64,000 nucleotides of DNA, from the NCBI GenBank assembly GCA_021647205.1, contig JAKIVD010000021.1, positions 2,977 through 66,976 of the forward strand, read 5' to 3'. Positions 52,528 through 62,514 of this stretch are shown here, in pieces. This DNA comes from Bacteroidales bacterium. Lineage in GTDB: Bacteria > Bacteroidota > Bacteroidia > Bacteroidales > F082. Within the stretch, counting starts at the first letter, position 1; the number at the start of each line of letters is the position of its first letter. The notes below the pieces were generated by a model. It saw only the letters and a list, made by a program, of their open reading frames with translations, ran no database searches and was not told where the DNA came from. The translations under genes and the position numbers were made by a program.

Positions 52528-54807
52528 TTAGGGCATACTTTGAATAAACTGTTCGAGTTCTGCTTTGTCGGCAAGGCCGGGATGATAGCAGAGTGCCTGA
52601 CGGGCGTATTCCTTTGCTTTGTCCGTTTGTTCCAATTTGAGGTAAAACTCAATGGCAGCATAACAATAATCAAGGTTTCCCGGTTCCAGTTCAAGGCATT
52701 GTTGCAGGCTGGTTTCTGCTTTGTCCACCTGGTCTTTGTATAGCTGCAATTGGTAGAGGTTAAAAAATATCCGCGGGCGGGCAGGCATCCGTTCCGCAGC
52801 TTGTTCGAGGAAAACAATGGCCTCGTCATATTTCTGCATCTCGCCAAGCAAAAGCCCCAGCGAATAGTAGGCTTCGTCAAAAGCGGGATGTTTTTCAACC
52901 AAGTGTTTGAGCAGGATTTCGGCTTTCCCATTTTGGTTCATCCTGTTGTACAGCATGGCAAGGTTGATAATGGCCGGAAAAAACTGCTCATCAATACGGA
53001 TGGCTTCGAGGTAGTTGGCTTCGGCTTTTTCAAACTGCCCCAGATTGGTATAAAGATTTCCGAGGTTGTGGCGGCTTGCGGTAAAATCTGCACTGTATTC
53101 CATGGTCTCTATGTATTCGGAAAGGGCGGCATGAAAGGCACGTTTTTGCATGGTGTCGAACTCGTTTAACGGAACTGCCGACAATTGGGCAACTGTCTCT
53201 ATCCGCACCATTTTTGTCGGATCGTTGAGTAAAGGGACCAAAGATTGAATCAGGTCGGCAAGGTCTTTGGGACGCAAGCCCCTGACAGCTTCACGTCTGA
53301 CAACTGCTTCCGGGTCTTTGAGCATTTCCCTTGTCGTTTCCTGCGCCCGCCCTTGAGGAAGCAGGGAAAGATAGCTGGTTGCTGCTGCTTTAATCAGTGG
53401 GGTACTGAGTTTACTTTCCACAATCTCGAACAAACCGGAAACAGCGGCAGTATCCTCTCTTTCTGCCAAAAACATGGCCTTCCCGAAATGGGGGCGATGG
53501 TGGGCGCCTTCATACCATTTTCCAGTGAAAGAGGCTGCCCAGCGGTTGCTTTTGTCAGTATGACACTGGTTACAGGCATTGGGCGTACCCAGTTCGTCAC
53601 TCAGGTCGGGACGGGGGATGCGCATGCTGTGGTCGCGCCGGTAGTCCACCCCCATAAAATAAGCCCCCGGCATGTGGCAGTTGACGCATTGTGCGCCTTC
53701 GCCCACTTCAACAGTTTTATTTCCGCCCTCCAAAATCAACGGTGCACCCTGCTCGTTAAAATCCTTGTGAAAATGATGATCGTAAGTATTGTATTTCACT
53801 GCTTTGTGGCATTGCATGCAGAGGTCGTTACCCTGTTTTTTCAGTTTCAGGCTGTGCACATCGTGGCAGTTACTGCATCGTACTTTGTTTTGGTGCATCT
53901 TACTTTGGGTGAAGGAGGCGTAAACGTAATCTTCCTCCAGGATTTGCCCATCGGGATAATAATACGGTTCAATGGGAAGCTGTGGGCTGAGAATATCGTA
54001 AACATTGTCGCGGGGATGGACAAAATCGCCAAAAGAGGAACGCCGGGCATGGCAGTAAGCACACTGGTCAACAAACTGCCGCGAAGAAATATTGCTTGTT
54101 TGCACCACCAGACCAAGGTTGTTGGCGGACAGGCGCATCTTTTCAGGCAATGTTGCCCATTGATTGTGCGCTGAACCGGGACCGTGGCAGGCCTCGCAGC
54201 CCACATCAATCTCAGACCAGGTAGTTTGGTAAACATGGGTTTGCGGGTCGAAGTTTTTTTGGAGATTGGTAGAGTGGCATTCGGCACACATCCCATTCCA
54301 ATTCTGCCCGTTGTTGGTCCAGTACAACCAGTCATCGGGCTGAAACGCTTCCCCGCCATAAACCGAATCGGCGAGGTGGTACCAGCGCTTTCTTTCGGTG
54401 TCCCAGGCAATCTGAAGGCATTGGAGCCTGCCTTTTTCGAAAGGGATGAGGTATTGCTGCAACGGCCTGACGCCAAAAGTATAGGCAATTTGAAAATCAC
54501 CGGCTTTGCCACCAGTCCCCTGTGTATGAACAAAATACTTTCCCTCCCTGGTATAAAATCTATTGACAAATCCGTTCCATTCAAATTCAGCATTGTCAAA
54601 ATCGCCCAAAACCGTTGAGGCGATGGCCGTGTCCATGGCGTTGTCGTGATCGGAACCTTTCCAGAGGCGGTACTCGTTCTCGTGGCATTCGATGCAGGTG
54701 TGGCTGCCGGCGAAGGTGGCTTGTTGTTGAGAAAACTCGGATACGCAACTACCGAGAAAAGCAGAAAAAAGAAACAGAAGAAGGAAGTTTCTCAATTGTT
54801 CTCTCAT
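52528..54807 (-). CDS. Octaheme c-type cytochrome lipoprotein with C-terminal HEAT/TPR repeats.
   Basis: The lipobox-like sequence is FLGSC. There are eight CxxCH motifs (CIECH, CAECH, CEACH, CAYCH, CSNCH, CMQCH, CVNCH, CNQCH). TPR repeats fill the last roughly 250 aa. Confidence 0.85.
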   Translation of the reverse strand: MREQLRNFLLLFLFSAFLGSCVSEFSQQQATFAGSHTCIECHENEYRLWKGSDHDNAMDTAIASTVLGDFDNAEFEWNGFVNRFYTREGKYFVHTQGTGGKAGDFQIAYTFGVRPLQQYLIPFEKGRLQCLQIAWDTERKRWYHLADSVYGGEAFQPDDWLYWTNNGQNWNGMCAECHSTNLQKNFDPQTHVYQTTWSEIDVGCEACHGPGSAHNQWATLPEKMRLSANNLGLVVQTSNISSRQFVDQCAYCHARRSSFGDFVHPRDNVYDILSPQLPIEPYYYPDGQILEEDYVYASFTQSKMHQNKVRCSNCHDVHSLKLKKQGNDLCMQCHKAVKYNTYDHHFHKDFNEQGAPLILEGGNKTVEVGEGAQCVNCHMPGAYFMGVDYRRDHSMRIPRPDLSDELGTPNACNQCHTDKSNRWAASFTGKWYEGAHHRPHFGKAMFLAEREDTAAVSGLFEIVESKLSTPLIKAAATSYLSLLPQGRAQETTREMLKDPEAVVRREAVRGLRPKDLADLIQSLVPLLNDPTKMVRIETVAQLSAVPLNEFDTMQKRAFHAALSEYIETMEYSADFTASRHNLGNLYTNLGQFEKAEANYLEAIRIDEQFFPAIINLAMLYNRMNQNGKAEILLKHLVEKHPAFDEAYYSLGLLLGEMQKYDEAIVFLEQAAERMPARPRIFFNLYQLQLYKDQVDKAETSLQQCLELEPGNLDYCYAAIEFYLKLEQTDKAKEYARQALCYHPGLADKAELEQFIQSMP

Positions 54808-54808
54808 T

Positions 54809-56887
54809 TTACAACCCCAGCCCCATACTCACCAATTCGGCAATGTCGTAGTTTTTGACTTCCTCTTCTTTGTTGGTGTATTTAATGCCGTCGGTCATCA
54901 TCACCATGCAGAAGGGGCAGGCCGTGGCGATGATATCACAACCGGTTTTCAGGGCTTCTTCGGTGCGCTCGATGAAAACTTCCTTGTCGCCTTTTTCGGC
55001 CTCTTTGAACATTTGTCCGCCACCGGCGCCACAGCAAAGGGCGAAACTTTTGTTGCGCTCCATTTCAATTTTAACAGACGGGATGACATCGAGTACAGAG
55101 CGCGGGGCATCGTATTCGCCATTGGCACGGCCAAGGTAACAGGGGTCGTGGAAAGTGATTTTCTTGCCTGATAAAGTATCGCTGACCGGCTTGATTTTTC
55201 CGGCATCAATCATCAGTTTCAGGAATTGGGAATGGTGTACCACTTCGTAATTGCCGTCAAAATCAGGATATTCATTTTTCAGGGTATTGAAATCGTGGGG
55301 GTCGCAGGTGATGATTTTCTTCACTTCGTAGCCATTCAGTATTTCAATATTCATCATGGCCTGCATCTGGAAGAGCATTTCGTTTCCGGCACGGCGGGCC
55401 ACATCCCCACTGTCGGTTTCTTCGGTCCCGAGGACAGCGTAATCTATTTTAAGGTGGTTCAGGGTTTTCACAAACTCCCGGGTCACTTTTTTGTAGCGAT
55501 CATCGAATGCACCGGCAGAACTTACCCAGAAAAGAAATTCGGGTTTTTCGCCTTTGGCCAGTTTCTCCGCCATCAACGGCACTTCCAGACCTTCGGCCCA
55601 CAACATCCGGTCTTCCGGCGAAAACTGCCAGGGTGCACCATTGTTTTCGATATTGGAAAAGACGGTGTTCAATCCACTCGGTGCTTTGGATTCTTCCATG
55701 ACGAGGTAGCGGCGCATATCCAGAATCAAGGAGGGTTGGTTGATGTTCACCGGGCATTCCATCGCACAGGCGTTGCACAGGGTGCAGGCCCATAATTCTT
55801 CTTCGGTAATCCAGGTTTGCAGCAGTGATTTGCCATCGTCAAAAGCAGCTCCTTCTTTCAGCATCCCGGGCCCTTTTTCTTTCATGCGGGCACGGGTGTC
55901 CATCATTATTTTCCGGGGGGAAAGTAGTTTGCCGGTAATGTTTGCCGGGCAAACGGAGGTGCAACGCCCACATTCTGTGCAGGACAGCGAGTTCATATAA
56001 TTGGTCCAGAAAATATCGTTGACGTCTTTCACACCAAAGCGTTCGGGCTCGCCTTCGTCTTCGGGCGGGTCGGCAAAAGCAGCATCAGGGTCCATCATCA
56101 GTTTGACCTCTTTGGTAATATTCTCCATATTTTCAACATATCCCAAAGGTTCCAACCGGCTGACAAAAACATTCGGTACAGACATAAAAACATGAAAATG
56201 TTTGGAGTAGGGAAGGATGTTGGCAAAGATGAAAATCAGTAAAATATGAGTCCACCAATTGACCTGGAAAAGCAACCAGGCACTTTCGGCCGTCATGCCT
56301 TCAAAATAAGCGGCAAGCCAATGACTAACCGGATATGCACCAACAATGTGTTCGCCAACAGCTTCACTCCAAAGCAAATAACCCGTATTCATTCCCAGCA
56401 ACGAAAGCATCAAAACAAGAATAATAGTCAGGGCCAGGTTGGCATCTGCCTTGGAAACGGGCTTCATCTCGGGACCGTAAAAACGTTTGATGTGCATGAA
56501 CAAGCGGCGGAACAAAAAAGCAAGGATGGCAAAGACAATAATCAATCCGAAAACATCGCCACTGGCCATCAGGAAATCGTAAACCGACCCCATGAAGGCA
56601 AAGATTTTTTCGGTACCAAAAAGTCCATCAATGGTCATTTCGATACTGCCAAACAGGATGACGATAAACCCCCACCAGACCAGCGCGTGCATCAACCCGA
56701 CAACTGGGCGGCGCAAGATTTTCTCCTGCAAAAAGGCCACCTTGATGGTCACCATGATCCGTTTTCCAAAATCATGCAGCGGTTTCTTTTTGGTGAATTT
56801 GAAATAGGCAAAAACCCGTTTCATGGTCCAGGCAAAAACGCCTATTGTAATCAACAACGAGATGGCAAAAAGGATTTGTTTTATCAT
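54809..56887 (-). CDS. Membrane-bound Fe-S oxidoreductase: a NarI/DsrM-like polytopic N-domain fused to an HdrD-like domain with two [4Fe-4S] motifs and CCG motifs.
   Basis: About 6 TM helices carry conserved His (GLMHALVWWG, YSKHFHVF). Also CTECGRCTSVCP, CTLCNACAMECP, CCG-type motifs (HDPCYLGR, CCGAGGG) and ATACPFC. Confidence 0.8.
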   Translation of the reverse strand: MIKQILFAISLLITIGVFAWTMKRVFAYFKFTKKKPLHDFGKRIMVTIKVAFLQEKILRRPVVGLMHALVWWGFIVILFGSIEMTIDGLFGTEKIFAFMGSVYDFLMASGDVFGLIIVFAILAFLFRRLFMHIKRFYGPEMKPVSKADANLALTIILVLMLSLLGMNTGYLLWSEAVGEHIVGAYPVSHWLAAYFEGMTAESAWLLFQVNWWTHILLIFIFANILPYSKHFHVFMSVPNVFVSRLEPLGYVENMENITKEVKLMMDPDAAFADPPEDEGEPERFGVKDVNDIFWTNYMNSLSCTECGRCTSVCPANITGKLLSPRKIMMDTRARMKEKGPGMLKEGAAFDDGKSLLQTWITEEELWACTLCNACAMECPVNINQPSLILDMRRYLVMEESKAPSGLNTVFSNIENNGAPWQFSPEDRMLWAEGLEVPLMAEKLAKGEKPEFLFWVSSAGAFDDRYKKVTREFVKTLNHLKIDYAVLGTEETDSGDVARRAGNEMLFQMQAMMNIEILNGYEVKKIITCDPHDFNTLKNEYPDFDGNYEVVHHSQFLKLMIDAGKIKPVSDTLSGKKITFHDPCYLGRANGEYDAPRSVLDVIPSVKIEMERNKSFALCCGAGGGQMFKEAEKGDKEVFIERTEEALKTGCDIIATACPFCMVMMTDGIKYTNKEEEVKNYDIAELVSMGLGL

Positions 56888-56964
56888 GGCGATTTGGTTT
56901 CAACTTACAAGATTAGCAATATTCACATTTAGAATGAAAATAAATTCCAAGATTATCCATGGTT

Positions 56965-58776
56965 TTAATCATCATCATCAGTTTCAATTAGTCCCGATTC
57001 TTCGGTGTAACCGTAAAGCCGGTCTAATTTCACCTGGTATTTTTCTTTCAAAAAGCGACGTTTTACTTTCAGTGTGGGCGACAATTCCCCGGTTTCGGGT
57101 GTCCATTCCTGACAAACCAGTTCAAATTTCTTGATTTGTTCGTGCCTTCCCAGATGCTTGTTAATCATATCAACTTCTTCCTGGTAACGTTTCAGTACAG
57201 CGGGTTTCTGAATCAAATCCCGGTTGTCCTGAAAGGTAATTTTGTGAATGGCGCACCACGAATGCAAATAATGAAAAGCCGGGCAAATAATGGCTGCTGC
57301 ATATTTTTCCTTTTCACCCACCACCATGATTTGCTCGATGAAAGAGGACTCTTTGAATTTGTTTTCGACAACCTGCGGGGCCACATATTTCCCGGTTGAC
57401 AGTTTGAAAATCTCTTTTTTCCGGTCGGTAATTTTCAGGATATTGTGTTCGTGCAGTTCACCAATGTCACCGGTGTGGAACCAACCGTCTTTGTCAATTA
57501 CCTCTTCCGTTTTATCCGGGTCTTTGTAGTACCCCATCATCAGGCTGGGTCCTTTCATCAGTATTTCGCCATCTTCAGCAATTTTTACTTCCACATTTTT
57601 CAGCACCGGCCCCACCGTGCCGAATTTCATATTGGGGTAATCTTTGTGGTTGACGGCAATTACGGGGGATGTTTCCGTCAGTCCGTAGCCTTCCTGTATG
57701 GTAATGCCGGCCGCATTGAAAACGCGTGCAAGCCGTTCCTGCAAAGCAGCACCACCCGAGACGATGACTTCAATATTTCCGCCCAGGGCTTCGCGCCATT
57801 TGCTGAAAATCAGTTTGTCGGCAATGGCCCTTTGGGTTTCGTACCACCAGCCGTTGGCTTTGTTGAGTTCGTATTTTAAGCCTAAATCAACCGCCCAGAA
57901 AAACAGGCTTTTTTTGATGCCGGTCAGTTCTTTTCCTTTCAGGATGAGTTTATCATATAATTTTTCAATCACCCTGGGGACGGCGGCAAAGCCTTCCGGG
58001 TTTACTTCCCGAAGGTTGTCGCCAATGGTTTCGATGCTTTCGGCATAATAAACCGCGCACCCGCGCCGCTGTACAAGGTAATTGACCATCCGTTCAAAAA
58101 CATGGCAGAGGGGCAAAAAGCTCAGGAATTTGCCTTCGGCAGGAACCGGTAAAATTTCGTAGGAACCATCTACGTTGGAAACAAAATTGCGGTGACTCAG
58201 CATCACACCCTTGGGTACACCTGTTGTTCCTGAAGTGTAAATGATTGACATGAGGTCGTCAGGCCTGATGCCATTTTTGACGGCCGGTAATTCGTTGTTG
58301 TGCTTTGCGCGATTCTTTTTCCCTGCTTCGATGATTTCGCTCCAGTTACGCAGTCCGTCAACAGGGTCAACGCTGTAGATTATTTTCCCGCGGCCTGTTT
58401 TTTCTGCCGCCTGTTTTATTTTTTGAAAGAATTCATTGGAAGAAACGATAATCATTTTGGCATCGGAATGGTTCAGGATGTGTTCGTATTCCACTTCTCC
58501 GAGATTGGCATAAACCGGAACGTGCACTACCCCAATCTGCGCCATGCCCACGTCAATAAAATTCCATTCGGGGCGGTTGTTGATGATGGTGACGATTTTG
58601 TCTCCTTTTTTGAAACCACTTGCCAACAGTCCGTAACTGAAATTGTCAGCAAATTCCTTGTATTGAAGGGTGGAGAATTTTTCCCATTTGCCATTTCGTT
58701 TAACGGCAAGTGCATCTTCCCGCTGGAGTTTTTCAACAAGCTGGTCAACAATGTCGAAGGTTCTTTCAATTTTCAT
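56965..58776 (-). CDS. Long-chain fatty acid--CoA ligase (AMP-binding family).
   Basis: IYTSGTTGVPKGV, GYGLTE and the TGD..KITDRKK motifs. 603 aa. Confidence 0.9.
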   Translation of the reverse strand: MKIERTFDIVDQLVEKLQREDALAVKRNGKWEKFSTLQYKEFADNFSYGLLASGFKKGDKIVTIINNRPEWNFIDVGMAQIGVVHVPVYANLGEVEYEHILNHSDAKMIIVSSNEFFQKIKQAAEKTGRGKIIYSVDPVDGLRNWSEIIEAGKKNRAKHNNELPAVKNGIRPDDLMSIIYTSGTTGVPKGVMLSHRNFVSNVDGSYEILPVPAEGKFLSFLPLCHVFERMVNYLVQRRGCAVYYAESIETIGDNLREVNPEGFAAVPRVIEKLYDKLILKGKELTGIKKSLFFWAVDLGLKYELNKANGWWYETQRAIADKLIFSKWREALGGNIEVIVSGGAALQERLARVFNAAGITIQEGYGLTETSPVIAVNHKDYPNMKFGTVGPVLKNVEVKIAEDGEILMKGPSLMMGYYKDPDKTEEVIDKDGWFHTGDIGELHEHNILKITDRKKEIFKLSTGKYVAPQVVENKFKESSFIEQIMVVGEKEKYAAAIICPAFHYLHSWCAIHKITFQDNRDLIQKPAVLKRYQEEVDMINKHLGRHEQIKKFELVCQEWTPETGELSPTLKVKRRFLKEKYQVKLDRLYGYTEESGLIETDDDD

Positions 58777-58848
58777 GGTTACTGTTTTTTCTGCCCGCCG
58801 AAGCCTTGGCGTAGGCGGGTTGTTATCTAACTGATTAATGTGGGCAAA

Positions 58849-59331
58849 TTATCTTTTTGGTTTAAACGTCCAGGTGAAAGCGAATTTAGCCACCACATCT
58901 CCTGATTTATCCTTGCCCTCTGTATGAACAACCACTGTTTCCCCTTCACCGGTTTGGATGCTTTTATTGATGGCATTTATAATTTTATCACCCTCTGCGC
59001 AACTGAATATGACTTTCGTTCTTGCCTTCTTGATGAAATCGGCATGCATATCCAGTACCAGCATCGAAACCGGGACTTTGGTGTCGTGCAGGGCGGCCAG
59101 CGAGAGTATGCCCGATGACAGTTCGGCGGCCATGGCCAACACCGCAAAGTACATCGATTTAAACGGGTTTTTATTTAAGTACTTAAAAGGTACCGAAACC
59201 ACAGCTTTTCCTTTGTCGAGTTGGGTTATTTTTAGTCCGGCCAGCAGGCCCATGGGCAGGTTGGCCAGCATGAACAGCTTCATCTGCAAGGGTTTGGTGG
59301 CGAGTGTTCGTATTTTGTTTTTTTCCGGCAT
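58849..59331 (-). CDS. DUF4442-like hotdog-fold protein (possible thioesterase).
   Basis: Size and layout (LAGLKITQLDKGKAVVSVPFKYLNKNPFKSMYFAVLAMAAE) match DUF4442 as I remember it. Confidence 0.55.
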   Translation of the reverse strand: MPEKNKIRTLATKPLQMKLFMLANLPMGLLAGLKITQLDKGKAVVSVPFKYLNKNPFKSMYFAVLAMAAELSSGILSLAALHDTKVPVSMLVLDMHADFIKKARTKVIFSCAEGDKIINAINKSIQTGEGETVVVHTEGKDKSGDVVAKFAFTWTFKPKR

Positions 59332-59345
59332 TTTTTTAAGATTGT

Positions 59346-59470
59346 GTCGTCATTGCGAGCACCGCGCGCGGGCTTGTTTGATAGCGCGACGCAATCTCAG
59401 TGCTGTTAAACTAATCCGAGATCGCTTCACGCCCTCACTCATGCCTCCCCGCTGGGTTCGCGATGACGCC
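59346..59470. repeat. Long palindromic element, family C (GTCATTGCGAGC ... TCGCGATGAC type).
   Basis: The terminal arms GTCATTGCGA / TCGCGATGAC match 9/10. There is an internal ATTGCG..CGCAAT hairpin. It lies in an intergenic spacer inside the operon. Confidence 0.55.
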
Positions 59471-59477
59471 CTCCAAG

Positions 59478-61262
59478 CTACAAATCGTACTTATTATCCT
59501 CAATCAGTTTTGCGGCAATTCTTCTGCGGGCGGCAACCACATTCACGGCAGCTACTTTGGTAAAGCGTTTCATGCCCATCGTCATGCCCATCAGTTCGTC
59601 GCCTTCGGCAAAGGAATTGATGGCATCAAGCCCAAATTTATGAATTTTCGGAGCCGTATCGTAAAAGAAAATATCCAGTATGTCTTTGTAGAGTGACAGT
59701 TTTTCTTCATCGTACATGCCACTTAATTTCTCCACCCTGAGCATCATCGATTCAGCAGCATAAGTGTAAATGAGCATGTCGGACAGGTTCATAATGATTT
59801 CCTGCTCGTCAGCAAATTTGTCCATAAACTTCTGCAAAGCAGCTCCAGCGGTCATTAAAATCGCTTTCTTGAAATTGACAATCACTTTCTTCTTGGTTTC
59901 GAAATAACCAAGGCTGGGTGCGCCAAAATCAGGGATTCCCATCAGTTCTTTAGCAACAGCTTTTGCAGGGGTCATCAGGTCGATTTCGCCTTTGAACCCT
60001 CTTTTCAGCAATTCGCCAACAACCACCATGCGGTTGATTTCGTTGGTTCCTTCAAAAATACGGTTGATGCGCGAGTCGCGGTAAGCCCTTTCAACAGGCG
60101 TTTCAGCTGAATAGCCCATGCCGCCATAAATCTGAACACCTTCATCAACAACATAATCCAATACTTCCGAACCAAAAACCTTGGCAATGGATGCTTCGAT
60201 GGCATATTCGTAAATCCCTTTGAGGTTGGCTTTGCCTTTGTCCATTCCGCCTGCTACATAGGAAGCAATGGCATCGTCGATGTTTTGGCTGGCGCGATAG
60301 GTCAGCGATTCGGAGGCAAAAGTACGAATGGCCATTTCCGAGAATTTGTGCTGGATGGCACCAAAACTTGAAATCAATGTGCCAAACTGTTTGCGCTCGT
60401 TGGCATAGTTTAATGCAACATCAATGGTGGCTTTGGCAGCGCCGGTGGTGGCTCCCGAAAGTTTGATGCGTCCCAGGTTAAGGATGTTGAGGGCAATCTT
60501 AAATCCATCGTTTTGCTTACCGAGTAAATTCTCGACCGGTACCTTCACATCGTCCAGATAAAGTTGGATGGTGGTTGAACCTTTGATGCCCATTTTCTCT
60601 TCGTCGGCACCCAGTTTTACACCGTCCCATGTTTTTTCAACAATGAAAGTACTCAGGTTTTTGTCTCCTTTCACTTTGGCAAAAACAATGAAAATATCGG
60701 CCACACCACCGTTGGTAATCCAAATTTTTACACCATTGAGGTTGTAGTATTTTCCGTCCTCACTTAACACGGCTTCGGCTTTGCCCGAATTGGGGTCTGA
60801 TCCGGCTTCGGCTTCTGTGAGGCAGTACGCACCAATGTATTCGCCCGAGGCGAGTTTGGGGATGTACTTTTTCTTTTGCTCTTCGTTTCCGTAATACAAA
60901 ATCGGCAGGGTGCCGATACCCACGTGGGCCGAATAGGCAACGGCAAAACTGTAACTTTTGCCCATCTCCTCGGTGGTGAGCATGGAGGTGACGAAGTTTT
61001 GTCCGAAACCTTCGTATTCTTCCGGGATGGAAATGCCAAGCAAACCGAGTTCACCGGCTTCTTTCAGTAATTTGGACAGCAGTTCGCGATCGTGCTTTTC
61101 CAACTGGTCCATTTGCGGATTGACCACATTGTCTGTAAACTCTTTACAGCTTTGGGCCATCATTCTTTGTTCTTCATTGAATTCTTCAGGAATGAAGATG
61201 TCCTGTGCAGCCGTTTCCCTGATGAGGAATTCGCCGCCTTTGATTGTTTTTGTATCTGTCAT
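59478..61262 (-). CDS. Large acyl-CoA dehydrogenase (FadE-like, about 594 aa).
   Basis: CLTEAEAGSD, QIYGGMGY and the FEGTNEI catalytic-Glu motif, plus an extra C-terminal helical domain. Confidence 0.9.
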   Translation of the reverse strand: MTDTKTIKGGEFLIRETAAQDIFIPEEFNEEQRMMAQSCKEFTDNVVNPQMDQLEKHDRELLSKLLKEAGELGLLGISIPEEYEGFGQNFVTSMLTTEEMGKSYSFAVAYSAHVGIGTLPILYYGNEEQKKKYIPKLASGEYIGAYCLTEAEAGSDPNSGKAEAVLSEDGKYYNLNGVKIWITNGGVADIFIVFAKVKGDKNLSTFIVEKTWDGVKLGADEEKMGIKGSTTIQLYLDDVKVPVENLLGKQNDGFKIALNILNLGRIKLSGATTGAAKATIDVALNYANERKQFGTLISSFGAIQHKFSEMAIRTFASESLTYRASQNIDDAIASYVAGGMDKGKANLKGIYEYAIEASIAKVFGSEVLDYVVDEGVQIYGGMGYSAETPVERAYRDSRINRIFEGTNEINRMVVVGELLKRGFKGEIDLMTPAKAVAKELMGIPDFGAPSLGYFETKKKVIVNFKKAILMTAGAALQKFMDKFADEQEIIMNLSDMLIYTYAAESMMLRVEKLSGMYDEEKLSLYKDILDIFFYDTAPKIHKFGLDAINSFAEGDELMGMTMGMKRFTKVAAVNVVAARRRIAAKLIEDNKYDL

Positions 61263-61285
61263 TTTTTTATTTTTTTGAGGTTATA

Positions 61286-61305
61286 CCCTGCCCTGAAGGG
61301 CAGGG
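61286..61305. other. GC-rich stem-loop between the thiolase and ACAD genes.
   Basis: CCCTGCCC-TGAA-GGGCAGGG. The run of Ts is on the plus-strand side only, so it is not a classical terminator for the minus-strand operon. Confidence 0.45.
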
Positions 61306-61328
61306 AAACTGATGGAATCTATGTGTGC

Positions 61329-62501
61329 TTACAACATTTCGAATATTCCGGCAGCACCCTGTCCGGTACCGATGCACATGGTGACCATGCCGTATTTGTT
61401 GTTGCGTCTTTTCATTTCGTGGAGTAACTGTACAGTCAGTTTCGACCCGGTGGCACCCAAAGGGTGGCCAAGGGCGATGGCACCGCCGTTTACATTTACA
61501 ATATCGGGATTCAGGCCCAGCTCGTTAATGACGGCGATGGACTGGGAAGCAAAGGCTTCGTTCAGTTCGATCAATTCGATGTCATCGAGTTTCATCCCCG
61601 CATGTTTCAGTACTTTCGGAATGGCTTCCACCGGACCGATTCCCATCTTATAAGGTTCAACCCCGGCTACCTGATAATCGACCAAACGGGCAATGGGTGT
61701 TAAATTGAACTCCTTCAGCGCCTTCTCGGAAACAACCAAAACAAAGCCGGCCCCGTCCGACATCTGGGAAGAATTGCCCGCAGTCGAGAACCCGTCTTGT
61801 GCAAAAGCCGGGCGTAACCTAGCCAAAGCTTCAACCGTGGTTCCACGGCGTGGCCCTTCATCGGTATCGAAAATAGTTTCACGGGTTTCCATCTTACCGT
61901 TCTTATAATAATTTTCTTTGATGGTGAAGGGGACAATTTCATCTTTAAATTTTCCCGCATCAATAGCTGCCAGGGCTTTGTTTACTGAATTTACAGCAAA
62001 TTTGTCCTGCTGCTCCCTCGAAACTTTGTACTCTTTGGCAACCATCTCCGAAGTCAGTCCCATATTCAAAAACCACCTGGGATGGTTTTTTGCCGCATCG
62101 GGATTGGGTACCATCCGCCAGCCACCCATGTTGATCATCGACATGGTTTCGGCACCACCGGCAATAATTACATCGGCAAGTCCTGCTGTAATTTTGGCTG
62201 AAGCAATGGCAATGGTTTCAATCCCGGAAGCGCAATAACGGTTCACGGTTGATCCGGGCACCTCAACGGTATCCAGTGCCATGAGTGAAAGCAGCCGTCC
62301 CATATTGAAACCGGTTTCGGCTTCGGGAAAGGCGTTGCCCACCACCACATCATCAATTTTCGTTTTTTCTATTTGTGGAAAATCATTCATCAAATGTCTG
62401 ATTACGGCCACAGCAATATCATCCGGACGGGTAAAGCGAAAACTTCCCCGGGGGGCTTTTCCAATTGCTGAGCGATATCCACCAACTATATATGCATTCA
62501 T
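61329..62501 (-). CDS. Acetyl-CoA C-acyltransferase (degradative thiolase, FadA-like).
   Basis: NRYCASG (active Cys), [19 protein letters not shown] and CIGTGQG. Confidence 0.9.
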   Translation of the reverse strand: MNAYIVGGYRSAIGKAPRGSFRFTRPDDIAVAVIRHLMNDFPQIEKTKIDDVVVGNAFPEAETGFNMGRLLSLMALDTVEVPGSTVNRYCASGIETIAIASAKITAGLADVIIAGGAETMSMINMGGWRMVPNPDAAKNHPRWFLNMGLTSEMVAKEYKVSREQQDKFAVNSVNKALAAIDAGKFKDEIVPFTIKENYYKNGKMETRETIFDTDEGPRRGTTVEALARLRPAFAQDGFSTAGNSSQMSDGAGFVLVVSEKALKEFNLTPIARLVDYQVAGVEPYKMGIGPVEAIPKVLKHAGMKLDDIELIELNEAFASQSIAVINELGLNPDIVNVNGGAIALGHPLGATGSKLTVQLLHEMKRRNNKYGMVTMCIGTGQGAAGIFEML

Positions 62502-62514
62502 GTTTTCTGTCTTT

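Noticed and set aside
61286-61305. The GC-rich hairpin as an intra-operon terminator between the thiolase and ACAD genes.
   Set aside because: On the transcribed (minus) strand it is followed by an A-run, not a U-run. It is kept only as a stem-loop of unknown role.
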